The notes beneath the pieces are model-generated. The model ran no database searches, was not told the origin of the DNA, and saw nothing but the letters and a program-made list of their open reading frames with translations. A program made the translations under genes and the position numbers. Shown here piece by piece: positions 56,826-64,000 of a stretch of 64,000 bases of DNA (within the stretch, counting starts at the first letter, position 1; every line of letters begins with the position of its first letter). The DNA is from Desulfobacterales bacterium (lineage in GTDB: Bacteria > Desulfobacterota > Desulfobacteria > Desulfobacterales > Desulfosalsimonadaceae), in the NCBI GenBank assembly GCA_018334555.1, contig JAGXLR010000001.1, positions 269-64,268 on the forward strand, in the 5' to 3' direction.

Positions 56826-58322
56826 CTATTTATCTGTCTGCTTCATGTGGGGGAACATAATAACTTCCCGGATTGATGACGAATTGGTCAAAAGCATGGC
56901 CAAACGATCGATGCCCACCCCCTCCCCCGCCGTGGGGGGCATCCCGTATTCCAGGGCCTGAATATAATCCTCATCAAGCATGGGCGTCTCATCGCCATCT
57001 GCCTCTTTATCCTTCAGCTGTTGAACAAACCGGTCTTTCTGATCCACCGGGTCGTTGAGTTCAGAAAATCCGTTGGCGATTTCCCGGCCGGCGATAAAGA
57101 GTTCGAATCGATCGGTAATATTCGGATTCTCCTTGTTTCGTCGCGAAAGCGGGGAGACCTCGACCGGATAACCGGTAATAAATGTCGGCTGCTGCAATTC
57201 GGGCTCCACCAGCACATCAAAAATTTTTGTCATCAACTTGCCGGTGCCGACGGATCGCCCCGACTCACCGGAGGCCAATGCAACGCCATGGTTTTCGGCG
57301 AATATCTCCAGCCGTTCGCGGTCCTGTAAGACATCCGGAGGCACCCCCCCGACCGAGGAAAGCGACTCCTCAAGGGTGAGGCGGCGCCAGGGGCCGTTAA
57401 AATCTAGGATACGGCCCTGATAGGCCACATTCAGATCGCCGCAGACCGCCGCCGCCAAAGTCTTAACCATTTCTTCGGTCAAATCCATCAGGTCTTCAAA
57501 CGTCGCATACGCCTGATAGAATTCAAGCATGGTAAACTCTGGATTATGTTGGGTGGAGATGCCTTCATTCCTAAAATTCCGATTGATTTCAAACACCCGC
57601 TCAAAACCGCCGACCACCAGCCGTTTTAAATATAGCTCCGGTGCAATGCGCAGGTATAAGTCCATATCCAACGCATTATGATGGGTTTTAAACGGCCTTG
57701 CATCAGCTCCTCCCGGAATCGGCTGCATCATCGGGGTTTCGACTTCGAGATAGTCCCTGTCGATTAAAAACTGCCGAATGGTTTTTATCAGCAAGCTGCG
57801 CTTTAAAAAAACGTCCCGGATTTCCGGGTTCATGATAAGATCCAGGTATCGTTGCCGAAATCTTTTCTCCGGATCCCTTAACCCATGGAACTTCTCGGGC
57901 AGGGGTCTTATGGACTTGGAGAGCAGCTTGACCCCATTTGCCAGAAGCGTCCATTCCCCTGTCTTTGTCTGAAACATACCGCCGACGAGTCCGATAAAAT
58001 CGCCCACATCGAACTGTTTAAACAATGCATACGCTTCACTACCGACTTTATCCTTCCGCACATAGGCCTGCAACTGTCCGGTCCTGTCTCTGAACCGGAT
58101 AAATGCGGATTTGCCGAATCTGTTAATCGCCATGATACGACCCGCCGCATTAAAAAGCGGGGAATCCGGCTGCATCTTTTCAGAATCAGAGTCTACAAGT
58201 GCCAGGATATCCCCGACCGTATGGGAGACGAGGAAATCATTCGGGTAAAGCTCAACCCCCGTTTCTTTTAGAGATCGGGCCTTTTCATGCCTTTTTTCGA
58301 TGATATCTTTTGGCTGTTCCAT
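56826..58322 (-). CDS. lysS: Lysine--tRNA ligase (class II)
   Basis: 498 aa with an OB-fold N-domain and class II motifs (ELYLKRL, FRNEG, GIDRL). Confidence 0.95.
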   Translation of the reverse strand: MEQPKDIIEKRHEKARSLKETGVELYPNDFLVSHTVGDILALVDSDSEKMQPDSPLFNAAGRIMAINRFGKSAFIRFRDRTGQLQAYVRKDKVGSEAYALFKQFDVGDFIGLVGGMFQTKTGEWTLLANGVKLLSKSIRPLPEKFHGLRDPEKRFRQRYLDLIMNPEIRDVFLKRSLLIKTIRQFLIDRDYLEVETPMMQPIPGGADARPFKTHHNALDMDLYLRIAPELYLKRLVVGGFERVFEINRNFRNEGISTQHNPEFTMLEFYQAYATFEDLMDLTEEMVKTLAAAVCGDLNVAYQGRILDFNGPWRRLTLEESLSSVGGVPPDVLQDRERLEIFAENHGVALASGESGRSVGTGKLMTKIFDVLVEPELQQPTFITGYPVEVSPLSRRNKENPNITDRFELFIAGREIANGFSELNDPVDQKDRFVQQLKDKEADGDETPMLDEDYIQALEYGMPPTAGEGVGIDRLAMLLTNSSSIREVIMFPHMKQTDK

Positions 58323-58604
58323 GGATACTGAAAACCTTGCCGTTCAATGATAGTGGTATGGCATTGGCCTTGCTGCGCAGATACCGTCTTAATCTGAAAT
58401 GCGCGGTTTGATCAACTACATTTTCCGGGTTGTTTATTGCGACAGGGGGTTTAAACCGATGCCCAATCCAGGCCCAAAAATGCGCCTTCCGTCTATTGCC
58501 AATGCATTCTCGTTAAACGGCTTGCTATCCCATTTACCATTTACTGTCAAGATTTAGTTGCGATGCCAATCTATTGGAAAAAGGGTTAAATCTGATCGAG
58601 GGGG

Positions 58605-59933
58605 CTAGACGGAGGGGCTCTCTTGGCTCGGGGAGGCGCCGGTTAGCGGCAGCTTCACGGTAAACGTGCTGCCTTGATCGGGTATACTTTCCACCTCGAT
58701 CAGACCATCATATGAAGTAAGTATCCGTTGAACAATGGAGAGGCCCAGGCCGGTGCCCTTGGCTTTTCTTGTAAAAAACGGGTCGAAAATGGTGTTTTGA
58801 ATCTCTTCGGACATGCCGCATCCGTTATCCGAGACGGTCATACAGGCATACTTATTGTCCTGGGCATATAACCGAACCCCAATCCGCCCCTGTTTTTCAA
58901 TGGCTTCAACGGCATTCAAAAGGAGATTCCAAACCACCTGCCGGAAGTGTTCCGGATCGATATCCACCCGGATATCCCCGTCAATTCTTTTTTCGATCTC
59001 AGGCCTCTGTTGATGATTACCGGCCTCGAACTGTTTGATAATCTCATTGAGCTCACGATCCAGTGAAACGACCTTTTTATTTCCCTGCTGCGGCCGGGCG
59101 AACATCAAAAATTCGTTCACCAGGGAACTGATACGATCCGATTCCTTTAATACGATCCCCATTAGACGGGCATGATCGCTCTTATAGTCGACTTCGTCCT
59201 TTAACACCTGGATCGCCCCGGACATTGATGCCAGCGGATTTTTTATCTCATGAGCCAAACCGGCAGCCATCTCTCCTATGGCCGCCAGCTTTTCGACCCT
59301 CTTAACCTGCGCCTCCATAGCCCATAGATCACGCTTTGCCCGCTTTTCCTGCTCTGAAAGATATCCGGCGAGGAAGGCGACGGCAAAACAAGCAGCGATG
59401 GTAATTAACAATCTGAATAGGACATAGCTCCAATCATAATTCGACATCAAAAAATTCGGCGCCACGTTAAAGGGATGAATGATGCCGTAATATTCAAGAT
59501 CCACCATGATCCCATATTCAATGCTGCATAAGACGGCTACGACCATACCGCCCTTCCGAAAAAGCACCATGCTGGCGTAGATAATGACCAGAATATAGAG
59601 GAATGAGAAGATGCTCGAAAAACTGCCGGTAAGAAATATAATTCCGCTCACAAGGAGGGTATCAATGGCAATCTGGACATAGCCCAATGCCAACAGCGTA
59701 AACAGCCGCCGGCACAGCAGCAGAAACGCGGCATAGGCTAATGAGAGGAAAACGGCGATGCCGGCGATGACATTTAAAAAGAACAGCGGAGGGGTAAAAA
59801 ATGTCTGATGATCCCGAATGCCCGCAAATGTCGCTGATGCCAGAAGCACCAGGGCGAAGAGCACCCGGAAAAAAATCAGCCATTTCAGCTTGCGATATTG
59901 ATCGAATTCAGGGGTATTTTTTTCAAAAACCAT
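58605..59933 (-). CDS. PilS-like membrane sensor histidine kinase
   Basis: 442 aa with about six N-terminal TM helices, an H-box (AHEIKNPL) and an ATPase domain (DNGCGM, GTGLGLSI). It lies directly downstream of pilC. No cognate regulator gene is adjacent. Confidence 0.7.
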   Translation of the reverse strand: MVFEKNTPEFDQYRKLKWLIFFRVLFALVLLASATFAGIRDHQTFFTPPLFFLNVIAGIAVFLSLAYAAFLLLCRRLFTLLALGYVQIAIDTLLVSGIIFLTGSFSSIFSFLYILVIIYASMVLFRKGGMVVAVLCSIEYGIMVDLEYYGIIHPFNVAPNFLMSNYDWSYVLFRLLITIAACFAVAFLAGYLSEQEKRAKRDLWAMEAQVKRVEKLAAIGEMAAGLAHEIKNPLASMSGAIQVLKDEVDYKSDHARLMGIVLKESDRISSLVNEFLMFARPQQGNKKVVSLDRELNEIIKQFEAGNHQQRPEIEKRIDGDIRVDIDPEHFRQVVWNLLLNAVEAIEKQGRIGVRLYAQDNKYACMTVSDNGCGMSEEIQNTIFDPFFTRKAKGTGLGLSIVQRILTSYDGLIEVESIPDQGSTFTVKLPLTGASPSQESPSV

Positions 59934-59952
59934 TTAAACAGCGGATTGGCGC

Positions 59953-61158
59953 TTAGAGGTTACCCGCCATTTTGAATATCGGAAGATACATGGCAACGAC
60001 CAGTCCACCAATGGTCACCCCTAGAAAAACAAGCATAAACGGTTCAATCAACGCCGTCATGTTATCAACCGCCTGATCCACTTCGTCCTCATAAAAGTCG
60101 GCGATTTTTTCCATCATGGCGTCTATGGCACCGGTGGATTCCCCCACGGCGATCATCTGGCAAACCATCGGGGGGAAAACCCCGGTCTCAGACAAGGGAT
60201 CCGCAATCGTCTGGCCTTCGGCGATACCGGAGCGCACATGGTAGACCGCCTTTTCGACGCTTTTATTATCGGCCGTCTTCGCGACGATATCCAGGGCCTC
60301 CAGAATCGCCACCCCGCTGGAGAGCATGGTTCCCATGGTCCGGGTAAATCTCGCCACTGCCGATTTCCTGATCAGGATACCGATTACCGGCATTTTCAAT
60401 AGCATATCATCGACTATGGCCCGGCCTTTTTCCGTCTTATAAAACCGTCGGAACGCGAAAATAAAGAGTACCAATCCTATAATAATCCATAGAATATTGC
60501 CTTTGACAAACCGGCTCATGTTGATCACGACCCGTGTGGGGGCGGGCAGGGCCTTCCCAAAAGTGGAAAACATTTCCTCGAATACGGGGATAACAAAAAC
60601 CAGGATGACGGCCACGACGACGATGGCGATAATGATGGTGACGGCCGGGTAGGTCATCGCGCCTTTAATCTGGGCCTTTAGTTTGGCCGCCTTTTCCATA
60701 TAGGCCGCCAGACGGCGCAGGATAACGTCCAGGATGCCGCCTGCCTCCCCGGCGGCGACCATGTTGACGAACAAGGCATCGAACTGTTTCGGATATTTTT
60801 TTAAGGCTTCGGCCAGCGTTTGGCCGCCCTCCACGGACTCCTTGATATCCTTTAACATCTTTTTGAAGGTAGGGTTTTCCTGCTGGGACTGCAGGATTTC
60901 CAGGCACTGAATAATGGGCAGGCCGGCGTCGATCATGGTGGAGAACTGACGGGCGAAGACGATGACGTCCTGTTCTTTGACTTTGGGCTGTAGAAACGCA
61001 ACGTTTCCGAACAAATCCTTCGGCTTTGGCTTGACCTTTTCCGCTGTAATCCCCTGCCTTTGAAGCTTTGTGCGTACTTCCTGCTCAGAGGATGCCTCCA
61101 TTTCCCCTTTTGTGGCCGCATTATTCCTTCCTCGGCCGCGCCATTGATAAACCGGCAT
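59953..61158 (-). CDS. pilC: Type IV pilus assembly platform protein PilC (GspF family)
   Basis: 401 aa with the duplicated GspF domains and their typical blocks (FSTMIDAGLPI, MIAVGESTG). Confidence 0.9.
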   Translation of the reverse strand: MPVYQWRGRGRNNAATKGEMEASSEQEVRTKLQRQGITAEKVKPKPKDLFGNVAFLQPKVKEQDVIVFARQFSTMIDAGLPIIQCLEILQSQQENPTFKKMLKDIKESVEGGQTLAEALKKYPKQFDALFVNMVAAGEAGGILDVILRRLAAYMEKAAKLKAQIKGAMTYPAVTIIIAIVVVAVILVFVIPVFEEMFSTFGKALPAPTRVVINMSRFVKGNILWIIIGLVLFIFAFRRFYKTEKGRAIVDDMLLKMPVIGILIRKSAVARFTRTMGTMLSSGVAILEALDIVAKTADNKSVEKAVYHVRSGIAEGQTIADPLSETGVFPPMVCQMIAVGESTGAIDAMMEKIADFYEDEVDQAVDNMTALIEPFMLVFLGVTIGGLVVAMYLPIFKMAGNL

Positions 61159-61214
61159 GCTCCCCCCTATCTAAATTAATGAGAATGGATAGCAGAATTC
61201 TAATGACACAATCA

Positions 61215-61370
61215 TGATGGCTTCGTAAAAAGTCCAATATCTGTGTTGCGCTTCCATCCCTCGGAATTTCACGTACAGCTAAGTACGCTGCATTCCTCGG
61301 GATTTGCGACGCCTTGATCTTGAACTTTTTACTTTGCCATCCCAAAATCGACTTTTTACGAGACTGTCAA
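61215..61370. repeat. Dispersed repeat family B, full copy with imperfect terminal inverted repeats
   Basis: The left end TGATGGCTTCGTAAAAAGTCC and the reverse complement of the right end (TGACAGTCTCGTAAAAAGTCG) share CGTAAAAAGTC plus flanking matches. The internal blocks match copy A at 8946-9060. Confidence 0.55.
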
Positions 61371-61510
61371 TCATTATTTTCAATAAAAGGACAATACGGA
61401 ACCGTTTCCGCGGGATGAGAATAAGTACTATGTGAACCGGACCCCATTTCCGGATTCCAATAATACATAGATTTATTTGGATTGTCTACCACAAACACTT
61501 TCCGATTACA

Positions 61511-61532
61511 ACCTAAATTGAGCGTTTCAATT
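61511..61532 (+). repeat. Solo left end of the 210-bp MITE
   Basis: ACCTAAATTGAGCGTTTCAATT is identical to the first 22 nt of MITE copy 2 (15904-). The similarity stops afterwards. Confidence 0.5.
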
Positions 61533-61656
61533 AAATTCAAATGCCGATATTTTGCGTCGGATCGCATGAACATGTTTGCATAAAGCATATCTTTTTTGGT
61601 AACTAAAAATTTCAAATACTTGTTTAACAGCTTGGTTGGTTATAGGGCTTGGATTC

Positions 61657-64000
61657 ATGGATAAAACACGAAACGGCCTGACGGTTATCACGACCCATTT
61701 GAATGCGGATTATGATGCGATCGGATCCATGCTGGCCGCTCAAAAACTCTATACTGATGCGATCGTCGTTTTTCCGGGTTTTCATGAAAAATCCGCAAGG
61801 CACTTTTTCATTGATGCGATGGCATACCTGTTTAATATGGCGGATGCCAAATCGATCAACGATGCCGATATAGAAAGGCTGGTTGTCGTCGACACCAAGC
61901 AGCCCTCCCGAATAGGGAGCCTGAGCCGTCTGTTGGGCCGAAGTCGTGTTGAAGTCCATGTCTTCGATCATCACCCGGCGTTAAAAGATGACATCAAGGC
62001 TGATTATGAGGTATCGCGACTGACCGGGGCCAATGTGACGCTCTTAACCGAAATCATCCGGGAACGAAACCTCGATATTCTTCCTGATGAGGCCACCATC
62101 ATGTGTCTCGGGATTTTTGAGGACACCGGATCCTTCACATTCCCATCGACGACCCCCGAAGATTTTTCCGCCGCCGGCTTCCTCGTCTCAAAAGGCGCAA
62201 ACCTCACGACCATTGCCAATCTGATCGCCAAAGAGATGGACCCGGATCAGATCGCCCTTTTAAACGATTTGATCCACGCCGCGGTCCATCATGCGATTAA
62301 CGGCGTGGATGTGGTCATAAGCAGCGTCTCCTGCGAAGCCTATGTGCATGACCTGGCGTTTCTGGTCCAGAAAATTTTAAAAATAGAGAATTTAAACGCC
62401 ATCATCGCCATCGCCCAGATGAAGAATAAAATATATCTGGCCGCAAGAAGCCGGGTGCCGGAAGTCGACGTGGGAGCGATTGTCACGGAAATGGGGGGCG
62501 GAGGGCACAGTTTCGCCGCCGCCGCCACAATAAAAGACAAAACCCTCGTCCAGACGGAACAAAAGCTTCTCGAAATATTGAGAAAAAAAGTCAAATCCAA
62601 ACAGCGCGCCCGGGATATCATGTCATCCCCGCCCATTACGGCGGACCCCGAAATTTCATGTGCCCAGGCCAGAAACCGGCTTTCCAGGTATAACATCAAT
62701 GCGCTCATTGTGATCAAAGAAACCGATGGCGGGGCCCTCGTGCAAGGCTTTATCACCCGTCCGGTCATTGAAAAAACGCTCTATCATCAATTGGACGATA
62801 TTCCGATCAGCGAATACATGACGACCGAATTCGCCACTGTCGCTCCGGATGCCGATATCTTCGAAATCCAGGAGAAAATAATCGAAAACAATCAACGGGT
62901 CCTGCCGGTTATGGCGGACAATGCCCTGCTCGGCGTCATCACCCGGACCGACCTGTTGAACATACTCTTTCAGGAGTCCCATGAAAAGCTCCTCCAGCCA
63001 CAGGATCCATTGAAGGAGACCCTGCATCCCCGCACCAAAAAAATTGTCGGCTTTATGAAGGAACGGCTCCCGGATCGACTGTACCAGTTGCTGGTCCGCA
63101 TCGGTCAGGTAGCCGAAGAGATCGGCTACAATGCCTATGTGGTGGGCGGATTCGTGAGAGATCTTTTTCTGTACCGGCATAATGAAGATTTGGATATCGT
63201 CATCGAAGGCGACGGCATCGCGTTCGCCAAAGAGTTCGCCCGCCGCTCTGATGCGCGCATCAATGCCTACGCGAAATTCGGGACAGCCGTCATTATCTTT
63301 CCGGATGGATTTAAAATCGACGTGGCCTCCGCCCGCATGGAATATTACAAATTCCCGGCGGCGCTGCCCACTGTGGAGATGAGCTCAATCAAGCTCGATC
63401 TTTTCAGACGGGACTTTACGATTAACACACTGGCCGTGTTTCTCAATCAATCCAAATTCGGGAAGCTGATCGATTTTTTCGGCGGGCAAAGGGATATCAA
63501 GGAAAAAGCCATCCGCATCCTCCATAATTTGAGCTTTGTCGAAGATCCGACGCGGGTCTTCAGGGCCATTAGGTTTGAGCAACGGTTCGGCTTTACCATC
63601 GGCAAGCTGACATCCGGATTAATCGAAAATGCGGTGCGGATGGATTTTTTCGAACGCCTCTCCGGCCGGCGGGTGTTCTCGGAGCTCTGCCAGATCTTAA
63701 AGGAGGATACGCCGCTGCCGGCCCTGTCGCGTTTAAATGACTACCACCTGCTCAGGGTCATTGACCCGACGATTCAATTCGATCAGGCGATGATCGCCCG
63801 CTTCAATGCCGCACGAAAGGTCATCTCATGGTTTGACCTCTTGTATACCGAAGAGGCCTATATGCGGTGGGCGGTATACTTCCTCGTTTTACTCCGCCAT
63901 GTCGATGGGGAAACTTCAACCCGTATCTGCCAGCGTTTTGAGCTGGGGCCGAAATATGAGAAGATTTTTGTCAAGGAACGGATTGCCGCTGAAGCGTGCG
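61657..64000 (+). CDS. DHH/DHHA1 phosphoesterase - CBS pair - poly(A) polymerase/CCA-adding nucleotidyltransferase fusion protein (3' end outside window)
   Basis: An open frame runs from the ATG at 61657 to the window end, so it is absent from the ORF track. It has DHH motifs (HLNADYDAIGS, DHH at FDHHPA, GGGHSFAAA), two CBS-like segments, and then the nucleotidyltransferase motif VVGGFVRDLFL...DLDIV...RRDFTIN. Confidence 0.8.
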   Translation, partial: MDKTRNGLTVITTHLNADYDAIGSMLAAQKLYTDAIVVFPGFHEKSARHFFIDAMAYLFNMADAKSINDADIERLVVVDTKQPSRIGSLSRLLGRSRVEVHVFDHHPALKDDIKADYEVSRLTGANVTLLTEIIRERNLDILPDEATIMCLGIFEDTGSFTFPSTTPEDFSAAGFLVSKGANLTTIANLIAKEMDPDQIALLNDLIHAAVHHAINGVDVVISSVSCEAYVHDLAFLVQKILKIENLNAIIAIAQMKNKIYLAARSRVPEVDVGAIVTEMGGGGHSFAAAATIKDKTLVQTEQKLLEILRKKVKSKQRARDIMSSPPITADPEISCAQARNRLSRYNINALIVIKETDGGALVQGFITRPVIEKTLYHQLDDIPISEYMTTEFATVAPDADIFEIQEKIIENNQRVLPVMADNALLGVITRTDLLNILFQESHEKLLQPQDPLKETLHPRTKKIVGFMKERLPDRLYQLLVRIGQVAEEIGYNAYVVGGFVRDLFLYRHNEDLDIVIEGDGIAFAKEFARRSDARINAYAKFGTAVIIFPDGFKIDVASARMEYYKFPAALPTVEMSSIKLDLFRRDFTINTLAVFLNQSKFGKLIDFFGGQRDIKEKAIRILHNLSFVEDPTRVFRAIRFEQRFGFTIGKLTSGLIENAVRMDFFERLSGRRVFSELCQILKEDTPLPALSRLNDYHLLRVIDPTIQFDQAMIARFNAARKVISWFDLLYTEEAYMRWAVYFLVLLRHVDGETSTRICQRFELGPKYEKIFVKERIAAEAC

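Noticed and set aside
61367-61615. 82-aa minus-strand ORF between pilC and the DHH-CBS gene
   Set aside because: It is AT-rich, has no SD, and overlaps the solo MITE end (61511-61532) and the edge of the family-B repeat. It has no recognisable motif. At best it is a very low-confidence hypothetical protein.
1-64000. CRISPR arrays, tRNA/rRNA genes, prophage, toxin-antitoxin or known defence-system genes
   Set aside because: None of the following was found by eye:
- regularly spaced direct repeats
- cloverleaf-like or rRNA-like conserved stretches in the intergenic regions
- integrase, transposase or phage structural genes
- nuclease/ATPase pairs typical of defence islands

Small RNAs cannot be excluded without covariance-model searches.

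Overview
This is a 64-kb, moderately GC-rich chromosomal segment. Its gene content looks like a Desulfobacterota (Desulfobacteraceae-type) anaerobe with a Wood-Ljungdahl/heterodisulfide-reductase style of energy metabolism; that assignment is an inference from gene content only. Every call rests on reading the sequence and recalling family motifs, because no database search was possible.

Layout from left to right:
(1) 39-4754, minus strand: an operon with a sarcosine/dimethylglycine N-methyltransferase-type SAM enzyme, a B12 corrinoid protein and two non-pyrrolysine MttB-family methyltransferases.
(2) 4782-5363: an AT-rich 580-bp intergenic region.
(3) 5364-8830: DUF1015, panC (which needs a non-canonical start) and metK.
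(4) 9-16 kb: a repeat-littered accessory-looking stretch holding an exported protein, an HD-domain protein, mobB, an MltF-like transglycosylase, apbE and an exported PKD/InlB-repeat protein. The last gene is interrupted by a single in-frame TGA just after its signal peptide. Two families of MITE-like repeats bracket these genes.
(5) 16.2-34.1 kb: two divergent operons of Hdr/Mvh-type electron-bifurcation genes.
- The minus-strand operon has a giant HdrA/GltD fusion, MvhD, an FeS protein, a tandem HdrA with an embedded CheY-like receiver domain, HdrC and HdrB.
- The plus-strand operon has a MetF paralog, a giant HdrA/GltD fusion with an in-frame UGA (selenocysteine), MvhD with an in-frame UGA (selenocysteine), MetV and MetF.
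(6) 34.1-38.6 kb: an orphan receiver, aroE and two sensor kinases.
(7) 38.8-56.8 kb: a conserved outer-membrane biogenesis block (waaA, kdsB, an ICMT-like methyltransferase, lpxK, lptFG, msbA, lpxB, a Gfo/Idh/MocA oxidoreductase, lpxI, lpxA, fabZ, lpxD, skp, bamA, lolD and a lolC/E-type permease).
(8) 56.8-64 kb: lysS, a PilS-like kinase, pilC, more repeats, and a DHH-CBS-nucleotidyltransferase fusion that runs off the window end.

No rRNA, tRNA, CRISPR array, transposase, prophage or recognisable defence genes were seen.

The most interesting items:
- the receiver domain embedded in HdrA
- the UGA-interrupted exported protein (candidate UxxC selenoprotein or freshly inactivated lipoprotein)
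- the Sec/Cys paralog pairs of HdrA and MvhD
- the operon that pairs a betaine-forming enzyme with betaine-type demethylases
- the MITE families that sit exactly on gene boundaries
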